Source: Eubacteriales bacterium
GTDB lineage: Bacteria; Bacillota; Clostridia; Oscillospirales; CAG-272
Assembly (NCBI GenBank): GCA_045602305.1
Contig: JAZSBJ010000039.1
Span: 1-42,237, forward strand
DNA length: 42,237 bases
Reading direction: 5' to 3'
Under the pieces are notes generated by a model. It saw only the letters and a list, made by a program, of their open reading frames with translations. It did not search any database and was not told the origin of the DNA. The translations under genes were made by a program, and so were the position numbers. Shown here piece by piece: positions 15,301-22,800 of this stretch. Position 1 is the stretch's first letter, and every line of letters begins with the position of its first letter.

Positions 15301-17770
15301 CAATGCGCAGGAAGGAAACGTGCAGCTCGGTATGAAGCTCGTAGCCGTCCTTGCGCTCGGGCTGAATGATGCTGTAGAAGTTGTATACGGGCTTCTTGGC
15401 GACGGTGTATTCTACTACCTTGCCGCCACTCTTGCTTTCGCGCTTCTCTGCGATCATCTTGGGATCGGACATCAGCTCGGAGAGCAAGAACGCCACGCGG
15501 GCATTGAGGTCGTACGCGGGCTTTGCACCCTTTTCCTTCATCGCGGCGTCAATGCGCTCGGAGAAGCGGGAAATTGGCATACCCGACGCGCTTGCCGTTG
15601 CCTCGCAAAGCAGGCGCAGAAGCAGAATCTTATCGGTGTCCGCGTGCTCGGTCGCACGGGGCTTGATGAGGTCGGACTGGTTGACGTACATTTCCACGCG
15701 GTCGCCGAAATACTCACGGAGCAGATACGGGCGGCTGAGAATGTGCAGAATGGACGCTTCTCTGCCGTGGAAACGGGTGTACGCATAGATGGCGGCGGCA
15801 AGGTTGCAACGGTCATCGGTGCAGATCATATAGTTGACGTTCGGCACCTGCTTGTGGAAGAGGTTGATCTCCACGTCGTGCGCCTTGAAGTTCTGCTTTT
15901 CCGCAGGGCTAAGCGGAACGCTCGTCAGAATACGAATGCCGTCCACGCGCGCCCCGTACGCCGCCTCGGCGATGAGGGACTCGATGGTCGTTTCGCTTTG
16001 ACCGTCCTTGTTGTAGAGGACGTTGCTCTCACGGTTCCAAAGCATATAGGAAACGTGCTCGTTTTCCTCTGCACTGTTGCAATCCACGATCTCCTCGTCA
16101 ATGCAGAAGAACTTGCGAAGGCTTGCGGAGAAGCCCTGAAGCACGTCGCGCGAGAGGAACATAAAGCGGATCTTTCCATCCGTCGCCTCTTGCAAGCGGC
16201 ACGCCATAATGGTGCAAAGGTAGCTGTTGAGGTTGAGGATCTTGTCGGCGTCCACGAAAACGGCGTTGCAGGCTTCCTCAAAGAAATAAGGATAGTTTTC
16301 GACAAGGTTGTCGGTTGCAAAGTCCTCGGGTACACCGACGAGGACGTCTGCCTCGTTGATGTGATGGGAGTCTGCACTGTAAACGCGCCAGGTTTCCTCG
16401 CGCGTGACACCCGTGATCTCGGTCAAGCGGTTACCGATGTATTGCTGAAGACCGACCACCTTGCTTCTGTCGGAAACGATAAAGATGATTCTCTGTCCCG
16501 AAAGAAGTCGCATATAGGTATAGGAGATGATATACTCGCCCAGCTGAGAATAGAAGGAAGAACCGAAATACACGTGTCGCTCGTTGAACACCGCGTCAAG
16601 ACCACTCATATAGTTTTGAATGACCTTGCCGTAGTTGTTCTTCATATACGAGCTGATATACCCCAGCGCGTCCTTGTAGATCTCGTTGGTACAGAGATAC
16701 TCAGCCACCTCTTTGGACTCGGTGGCGGGGAAATAGCGAATGCTGTGGTTCTTGGCAAAGCGGCGCAGAATGTCGCAACGCAGCTTGTCAAGACCAATCT
16801 TCTTTTTCTCTTTTTCTTCCTTTTCCTCGATCTTGATCTTACGCTTGGTTTCCACGGGGGGCTTGCAGGGCGCACGGAAGGTGTTGCAAAGCTCTTGCAA
16901 GAGGATAATGGAAACAAAAGGATAGATGTACATCTTCGCCGTTACCCAGTTGAGAATGGTGTAAACGATCTCGGGCAGGGGGAAGAATACGGCGAGAAGC
17001 AGAAGGAAGAACAAAACGGCGTACAGCGCTTCTACAACGTAGATGAAGAACTGCACGACCGCCGTTGCGGCGTGCACGAAGCGGCGCGCGTGCTTGAAAT
17101 CGGGGGCTTCAAAGAAAAGACCCCAAAAACCCATATAAATACGGTAAAGGAAGGGATGGTCCTTACGGAACTTCTCGTCCTCGGCGTGCGTCTTGCGCTC
17201 GGCAAGCGCCTTTTCTTCCTCGTCGGCGGCAGACTTTTCTTCCTCGTCATCCGTCTTCTTGCGGCGTGCGCGGAAGAAGACCGAGATGCGGCGGGGCTTT
17301 TTCTTGGTTTCGCCTTCGTCGCCCGTGGCAGCGTCCTCGCCGTCCGTCTTTTTCTTCTTTTTAGACTTCTTCTTTTTCTTGCGGAAGCCAAAGATAACAC
17401 CGAGCGCACCCTTTACAAACGCCTTTAAGAACAGAAGCAAATAAAGCGTCACGAGGTTCAAAAGCAGAACCTTAAAGAGCACCGAGCTTCCAAAGGTGAG
17501 AGAGGCGGATGCTCGCGAGAGCAGCTTTGCGATAAAGGGCACGGATGCAATCGCATTTGCCACCGAGAAGATGGCGCCGTATACCACGGCGAGCGCCACG
17601 AACTCAAGAACCGTCAAAAGAACGAAAAATGCGTTCAGTCGGTTGTTGGGCGCGTCATAGCGAAGTCCGTAGAAGGTGGAGAAGCGTCTTAACTTCTTGG
17701 GAAGCGGGAGAAGCGGGAGAAAGAGGAGCAATACCGAACAAATGATAATAAGGATCTTTACAGCTGTCAT
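12314..17770 (-). CDS. Giant (1,818 aa) polytopic membrane protein. Contains a degenerate SF2-helicase-like module, a CxxC...CxxC zinc ribbon, an acidic linker and a C-terminal transglutaminase-like cysteine protease core.
   Basis: - N-terminal ~310 aa has several TM helices split by a K-rich then D/E-rich loop (RKKKKKSKKKKKTDGEDAATGDEGE...).
- Helicase-like blocks: RIIFIVSDRSKV (Ia-like), VLVGVPEDF (Ib-like), AVFVDADKIL (DEAD-like), FMFLSRD (III-like), YMICTDDRCNLAAAI (V-like), FHGRE (VI-like). No GxGKT Walker A is present anywhere.
- Zinc ribbon HCSFCKRP...YICFDCQ at nt 14207-14290.
- TGase core VVCVGYAV...THAWNVV...YYLDVTWGD.
- The ATG lies 5 nt after the upstream stop. Confidence 0.9.
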   Translation of the reverse strand: MTAVKILIIICSVLLLFLPLLPLPKKLRRFSTFYGLRYDAPNNRLNAFFVLLTVLEFVALAVVYGAIFSVANAIASVPFIAKLLSRASASLTFGSSVLFKVLLLNLVTLYLLLFLKAFVKGALGVIFGFRKKKKKSKKKKKTDGEDAATGDEGETKKKPRRISVFFRARRKKTDDEEEKSAADEEEKALAERKTHAEDEKFRKDHPFLYRIYMGFWGLFFEAPDFKHARRFVHAATAVVQFFIYVVEALYAVLFFLLLLAVFFPLPEIVYTILNWVTAKMYIYPFVSIILLQELCNTFRAPCKPPVETKRKIKIEEKEEKEKKKIGLDKLRCDILRRFAKNHSIRYFPATESKEVAEYLCTNEIYKDALGYISSYMKNNYGKVIQNYMSGLDAVFNERHVYFGSSFYSQLGEYIISYTYMRLLSGQRIIFIVSDRSKVVGLQQYIGNRLTEITGVTREETWRVYSADSHHINEADVLVGVPEDFATDNLVENYPYFFEEACNAVFVDADKILNLNSYLCTIMACRLQEATDGKIRFMFLSRDVLQGFSASLRKFFCIDEEIVDCNSAEENEHVSYMLWNRESNVLYNKDGQSETTIESLIAEAAYGARVDGIRILTSVPLSPAEKQNFKAHDVEINLFHKQVPNVNYMICTDDRCNLAAAIYAYTRFHGREASILHILSRPYLLREYFGDRVEMYVNQSDLIKPRATEHADTDKILLLRLLCEATASASGMPISRFSERIDAAMKEKGAKPAYDLNARVAFLLSELMSDPKMIAEKRESKSGGKVVEYTVAKKPVYNFYSIIQPERKDGYELHTELHVSFLRIEEVFEKLLSNNTRVELSLHGTVIGSLDTFPDRVYQQYLPGQYIIFDNHEYEIDKISPDRRTIYLRQENITNNSCLDTAFLRRYTMKDRADTGALHGVHHYSTGTLAEIDVGYEKAEILGETYGFYRLMANSQTLNFKEGVGGNPNLDERTVNEQARRLSAGKILTVRLVSREKCSDGTRKLLAAVLNEFLRTMFPETYRCVAVCPVLLSPTEKASVNESYEGCVETLYPYIVDSPAAKDEKVAEFLIVNDADEDVGILDRLYDGGARIMEELFSYIFDYLKWLKEHPTLPAGDAHYIYFGADTLPSVYDLDGSLALLANCERKIGEDKEEEEVQKPTHCSFCKRPLVTGRYAIYDEHRYICFDCQVEAVSEDKDLSRMVDEVKSYWAEKYPDRELPKNVGFALADPFSLEEGQELSEYFYRLSYADRRVEVECDLPRDCMFVAVLRGLLSVWHRDENCVTTAAVAQLYYEELCYLDSIGAAERAEFTRAAIADSWLPLVEQIKQYIADNAGRNSFDFVVENAIPDGPEEILPTPGDDDESGNEGLDALYDPDRVPRFWKRYLRGKHASDDDSNDGRDTTPDEGDADAGADEGDTSSASDGMQRPKEPEAEKNGKLAKLKTGSELIPHEAEEDRNPQIRLYNEIARHISDFSDEPIPCYDMPLATVRRIFYFVLYDYPEFFWTETFRYSHVGDKVKSLSLCFRCLGADGKVDVARVQKHRKELRAHVKFFTKGITRKTDPYEAMLTIYRRLILNLDYDGVGLDSGAGQNVREEDTLRSLHSALVDHKVVCVGYAVATQYLLQSVGICCGQVVSKTHAWNVVKLGKYCYYLDVTWGDPSNTKRGDADQNVVGYGYFCVTAKENMLGEDKAVREPDPELFGDLEEFRATKHEYCRFHGGYLTSYNEEQIAKVFAKAVSERPFEKAAPCAVFRCADKNVYDMVVRYLWTDGGIHAVKEKARALVNKDGKNKQANKLLDRSVQLWPNSRNLTLQFLFPED
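12812..12937 (-). other. Predicted transglutaminase-like catalytic triad (Cys 12935-12937, His 12857-12859, Asp 12812-12814)
   Basis: Codons were located by hand: TGC in D-H-K-V-V-C-V-G-Y, CAC in T-H-A-W-N, GAC in Y-L-D-V-T-W. The spacing (C, 26 aa, H, 15 aa, D) and context (G-x-C-x-G-[FY]-A ... H-A-W ... D) fit the transglutaminase-core superfamily. Confidence 0.75.
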
Positions 17771-17775
17771 TGCTC

Positions 17776-19767
17776 TTACATTCTCCTTTCTTCAAAGATG
17801 TCTTCGATCACGTCAATGGTGAAGACCTTGTAAATGCGGTTTAGGCGGAAGGATTCGTTGATCTTGAACTCGTCGTCATCGAGGGCGGCCCCACCGTCCG
17901 CCTTGTGGGCGATCTGCATACTCGTGAGCATACCGAGCAGAACGTCGCGCACACGCTCAAGCATCTCTCGATGCTCTTCGATGTGGCGGTTGATCTCACG
18001 GTTTGCTTCGTAAAGGATCGCAAGCTCGGCAAGCTCGTAGTGAATGCTCTCCACCGCAGGCAAATATGCGGTGTAGCGCTTGCGCAAGCGGAAAATGCTT
18101 TGTCTTTGCTTGACAAGGCAGGCTTCGTGCAGGTCCGTCATCTCCAGCTTTGCAGAACGGATATCTCGCAAAATGGGAATCACGTGAAGCAAAGCGGAAA
18201 GCACGAACACACCGCCGAACACGGCAAGAGCAATCGAGAGAAGCACCGTTGCGCCAAGGTTCGAATCCTTGATCTGGAACACGAAATAGGGCACGAGCAT
18301 CGCAAGCATCACAAGGAAGAAGCAAACGATGTTGGTGCGAACGTATTTCTCGATGCGTGCCTTGCCCGAAAGATATTTATCTCTTGCATCGTTCGCCTTA
18401 GCAAACTCCTCGGTGTAATCTGCGCCGTCGTAATCGGCGTCGATCGCTGCCTTGAGAATGCGGCGCATCGTGACCTTTTTCTTCTCTACCGCGTTCTCAT
18501 ATTCAAGTCCCGAGGGATACTTGCTTTGCTTTTTCGCCTCGCGAAGCAAAAGTCTTGTATCCTGCTCGGTGGCGTGGTTTCTCATCTCGTCGCGGCGTTG
18601 CTTGTATTCGCTCATATAGCCCGCAAGCTCGCGCTTTTCTTCCTCGCTCTTGGTTCCTGGGGGAACGGACGCCATCTTTTTGATGGCGGCATAGCGGTCT
18701 TCAAAGCTCGTCCCCTTTGCTGCTGCGATGACTTCCATTTTTTCTTCATCGCTCATCGCATCCACGCAAATGTCGTCCGAAACGCTCTCGCGGGTTTCGA
18801 GCACGTAGAAGCCGTTGGCAGTACCACTTTGACGAACAAGCTCCAAGGCGCTTTGCACCTTGCCATAGGAATGGCGAAGCGTGTCAAAGAAGCGCTCCTT
18901 GTTCATCTGGGGCACGTCTACCACGTCATCTCTGCGGTCAACCGAAAGCTCAACCTCCTGCTCGTAGGCGCGAATCAGTGCCAAGGAGAGGTTAAGGTTA
19001 TCAAAGGCGGCACGGCTCTCGCTTCTTGCGGACGCCGTTCCCGCTACGTAGGTGCGGGAGCGCGAGCCGAAGGCGCGGTACGCGATATCGTATTTTTCCG
19101 CAAGGTTGCGGTAGAAGGTGTCGAAGCTCGCTTCCTTCTTTTTTCCGATGTCCTTGCAGAAATCCTCGGCACGGAACACGAGCTTTCCACCGCGATACTC
19201 TGCCGAGAAGGTTTCATAGAGCGTGGGCCCCTTTTCTTCGGGGGCGGGCTCTTCCTTTTTCGATGCCTTCTTTTCACCCTTTGCGGGGGCTTCCGTTTCG
19301 CGAGGGGCGCGCTTTTCCGCCACAATACGGTCGTGCTCGTCTTCCAGACCTAAAAGAAGCGCAAGCTGTTCCTTTTCCGCCGCATTCTCGCGAATGGTAT
19401 TCTTTTCGGTGTACTGAATGTAGAACACCTCCATACCGTCAAAGCCGAGCTGGGCGCGGCGAAGCGGCGTGTAGAGATGGTCGTTCAAATATATTTCTAT
19501 CAGCGACTTGTAAATAGCGAGATATTCGCTGACGGGATTCTCCTCGGGAAAGAGCGTTTTTTCAAACGCCAAAAAGTCAACAAGCACCACCACGCGGTAT
19601 TCGCCCGCGGTCATCGGCTGTTGACGCTTTACGATCTCCTCGGCACAGTCCTCAATGTTAGCAAGAGGACTCCGCATCCAAGCGATCTTATTATATCCGA
19701 CGAGCTCAAAAAGCAGATCGGTCTTGAGAACCTTATTCTCCGATGTATTGATTACGTAGGTTAACAT
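17776..19767 (-). CDS. Hypothetical 663-aa protein with a transmembrane hairpin (aa ~478-532, nt 18172-18336) between large charged, helix-rich regions
   Basis: AAAGGA ribosome-binding site. No recognisable family motif. TM segments are TNIVCFFLVMLAMLVPYFVFQI and ATVLLSIALAVFGGVFVLSALLHVIPIL. The stop is 5 nt before the next ATG, suggesting translational coupling. Confidence 0.8.
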   Translation of the reverse strand: MLTYVINTSENKVLKTDLLFELVGYNKIAWMRSPLANIEDCAEEIVKRQQPMTAGEYRVVVLVDFLAFEKTLFPEENPVSEYLAIYKSLIEIYLNDHLYTPLRRAQLGFDGMEVFYIQYTEKNTIRENAAEKEQLALLLGLEDEHDRIVAEKRAPRETEAPAKGEKKASKKEEPAPEEKGPTLYETFSAEYRGGKLVFRAEDFCKDIGKKKEASFDTFYRNLAEKYDIAYRAFGSRSRTYVAGTASARSESRAAFDNLNLSLALIRAYEQEVELSVDRRDDVVDVPQMNKERFFDTLRHSYGKVQSALELVRQSGTANGFYVLETRESVSDDICVDAMSDEEKMEVIAAAKGTSFEDRYAAIKKMASVPPGTKSEEEKRELAGYMSEYKQRRDEMRNHATEQDTRLLLREAKKQSKYPSGLEYENAVEKKKVTMRRILKAAIDADYDGADYTEEFAKANDARDKYLSGKARIEKYVRTNIVCFFLVMLAMLVPYFVFQIKDSNLGATVLLSIALAVFGGVFVLSALLHVIPILRDIRSAKLEMTDLHEACLVKQRQSIFRLRKRYTAYLPAVESIHYELAELAILYEANREINRHIEEHREMLERVRDVLLGMLTSMQIAHKADGGAALDDDEFKINESFRLNRIYKVFTIDVIEDIFEERRM

Positions 19768-19816
19768 TCTTTAGGTCCTTTCTTGAAGGAGTAGATCGGG
19801 AAATGAAAAGGGGGAC

Positions 19817-19890
19817 GCGCCCCGCCGCGTACGTCCTTTGGGGACGCACGCGGAAAGCGCGGGGCGCCTTTTTGACGGCGTTGCCGTCAA
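19817..19890 (-). terminator. Two intra-operon hairpins after the second tubulin-like gene; possible partial terminator, attenuator or mRNA-stabilising structure
   Basis: - Minus-strand hairpin 1: TTGACGGC/GCCGTCAA (19890-19872).
- Hairpin 2 (19867-19817), two-tier, about 20 bp: GCGCCCCGC + CGCGTGCGTCC, loop CCAAA, GGACGTACGCG + GCGGGGCGC. It is followed by GTCCCCCTTTTCATTT. Confidence 0.5.
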
Positions 19891-19896
19891 GGAAAA

Positions 19897-22800
19897 TTAT
19901 TCTTCGGAAGCGGGTGCCTCAGCCACAGGTGCTGCGGGAGCAACGGGGGCTACGGGAGCTTCCTTCTTGGGGGTATCTAAGCCGCGGCTCTTGCGGACGT
20001 TGCCCACGCAACGGTCCATACGTTCGGCTTGGAATGCATTGAAGTCGAAGGCTCTCTTTGCCCACTTGCCCTTGCCGGGCTCTGCGGAAGGAACGATCTC
20101 CATAAAGCAGCCTGCACGGTTTGCAAAGTTGAACATCATCTTTGCGGTATCGAGTGCGGTTGCCTCGGGAATGTCCTCGTCGCAGAACATTTCAGCAACG
20201 AAGTAGTCAAGCTCCCACATATAAACCTCGGCAAAGAGGTCGTCGGACGAGCTGACAACACGCTCACAGAGATCCCAAAGGAGATCGCTGACGACAGCGA
20301 GGATCTTCTCGGCGTCGTTGCAGTCGTAGCCGCCGCGGCTCTCCTCCTCAACCTTGATGGCGTATGCGAACTCGAATACGCTCTTGTTGAGCTTCTTTTG
20401 GAGAACCGTCTTTGCGGAAGAGCCTGCCGATGCGTTGGCAAGCATCGTTTCGAAGATGTTTCTTCTGAGCATCGAGAGATACTTGGTGGTGGTCAGCTTT
20501 GCCTTTGCGGCAGGGATCTCGTGTGCAAAGCCCGTCTTGGGAAGCACGGAGAGCTGATCCTCGACGTTGCGGTCGAACTCAGCGCACCACTTCTCGATCT
20601 TATCCTCTTGAGGACGGAGCCAAGCGATCAGTCCGATGAGGTTGTTCTCGTCGACAAACTTGCCGTCGCCAACGATCTTCTCGCCCGCATAGCGGAACGC
20701 CTTGTCGGAGTACTCGGCGCTGTAGGACACCTCGCCGTTCATAATCGCATAAAGGAGCGCCTTAAAGAGCTTCTTATCTGCCTCAGCCTCGAGATCGGGG
20801 TTGATGAAGGGCAGGTAGCCGCGCTTGTGCCAGTTGAAGCCAAGGTGGGGGAACATACTGTCGTTCTTCTGATCCTCACCGATCTTAACTGCCTCAAGGT
20901 AACGCTTGTAGTAGCCGTCTTCTCCGCTCTTCTCGTTCACCTTAACGATATCCACCGAGTTAACGCTCATAAGCGCGCGGCAGATAAAGATGGTATTCTG
21001 GGGAACGGTGTCCTCGATACGAACGAAGGATTCGGGGCAGAATCTCGTAACGAGGTCGTCGGTGCAAGCCGCACTCGGTGCAATGCCGAAGCGGTCGGTG
21101 TTCTTTTGGAGATAATCCTCTACCTTCTTGGGAGCGAGCACGACGCCCTGCGTCTTGTGCATACCGCCCGACTTGACCTGAAGGGCAGGCTTCGCCATTT
21201 CGAAGGCGGTGAGGATCGCTGCCTTTGCGGCGTCGTATTCCTTGCCGCGGTTCTCCTCGGCAAGCACCTCGAATACGTTTCTTCCGCAGAGGGAGATGCA
21301 GTAATCGCTCTTCTTGATCTGCTCGAGGTTGGACTTCTTCATCGTGTCGAAGACGGCAGTCGCGTCAACGCGATCCTCTTCTTCCATCGTGCCCTTCTTC
21401 GCGCAGGACATCTTATAGGCGATCTCGAACACGCCTGCACCTGCAATCGAGATGCCCTCGCGCTCGTCTGCCATATTGTCTTCCATCAAAAGCTCGTAGT
21501 GACGGCGGCGCTGTTCTACGGATGCACCGACGTATACGCAAGAGGTGTCGGCACCCTTTGCCTTATCCTCTTCGGCTCTCTTGACCTTATCCTTAAGGCG
21601 ATCCTTCTGCTCTGCAAAGCGGCCGAAGAATGCGCGGTAGCTCTCGATCATCGCGTCGATACGGCTCTTGAGCGTTTCGATGGTCTTGCGAATGATCATC
21701 TCGCCTGCATCCTTCATCAGGGTGGTGAGGAGCATATCGCCGTCCTTCTTGAGTGCTTCGCTATCTACGGAGTAGTCGGTCTTCTGTGCCTTGAAGCCCT
21801 CGGCAAAGGAAGAATCAAGCATCGTGGAGAAGCGCGAGCTTTCGCCCTTCAAGTATGCACTCTTTGCGGCGCGGCTTCCAAGGTCGAGCGTGTCGATGTC
21901 GGCGCACTCAAGGAAGTCGTGAGGAAGATTGCCGATCTCATAGGAGCCGACGTCCTTCCACTCCTTGCCCTCAAGGGCGGCACCCTCTGCCTCAAGAAGC
22001 AGACGGAAGGAGCAAAGCTGAAGCATTGCGGCAACGGGATGGATGTAGTAGCCGTCCTTTGCGAGAACGTTCTCAACAAAGGAGAGCTTGCGGTTTGCGG
22101 TGGGATCCTTCTTGGGATCCATAGGAAGGATAGCGTCTGCTACGACGTTGAGCTGACTGTTGATCTCGTCGACTGCCAGCTTGTAGTATGCGTTGAGCGC
22201 CTTATCGTAGATCTCGTTTGCGATCTCCACGACCTGACCTGCCTTGCTTTCCTTTTCGCCCTTACCTGCGAAAAGACCTGCCGCGGGAATGACGTCGATG
22301 TCGCTGATGACGTCGATGTACTTCTTATTTTCGGGCGCAAGTGCCTTGAGGGCTTCCTTGGTCGCCTTCCAATATTCGCCGAGAATGTCGAGCGTGACAA
22401 ACTCGTCACCCTTTTGTACCGTGGGCTTCACGGCGTTCTTGAGCATCTCGGTGATGTTGCAGGTGGGCGTGCGTGCCTCTGCCTCTTGTGCGTCGGTGTA
22501 GAGCTTTGCGTAATCCTTTACCGTCAGGTGATACTCCTTACGCATCTCCTTTGCCTTTTGACGCTTCTCTGCGATCTGCGTTTCGGTTGCGGTGTGCAGA
22601 ACGAGCCAAGCACCCTCGGCATCGGACTGCGTCTTACGCCAAGCAAAGTACTCCAGCATCTCGTCGATGGGGTAGTGGATCTCGGAAGAGCCGATGCCCG
22701 CGAACATACAGTTGTGTCCCGTTTCGTTGGCACGCTTCTTTTCCTCGTTGGACCAGATGGAGTCAAGCTCGCCGCCTGCCTTGGTACAGATGAGGGAGTA

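Noticed and set aside
17347-17383. A poly-lysine coding tract (KKKKKSKKKKK) as a possible programmed slippage or phase-variation site.
   Set aside because: The codons alternate AAG and AAA, with an interrupting TCT. The longest homopolymer run is only about 5 A, and the frame is intact. It is more simply a basic, membrane-proximal cytoplasmic loop.
12137-17428. A 1,763-aa plus-strand ORF, the longest antisense ORF in the track, overlapping the giant minus-strand gene.
   Set aside because: It is in exact codon register with the minus-strand gene: 12137 and 12314 differ by a multiple of 3. Its stop codons would therefore correspond to the sense codons TTA, CTA and TCA, which this organism's G/C-ending codon bias almost never uses. 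Its product is low-complexity (V/L/A/G/R/D-rich) and has no motifs and no ribosome-binding site. The minus-strand product has clear domains. It is a shadow ORF.
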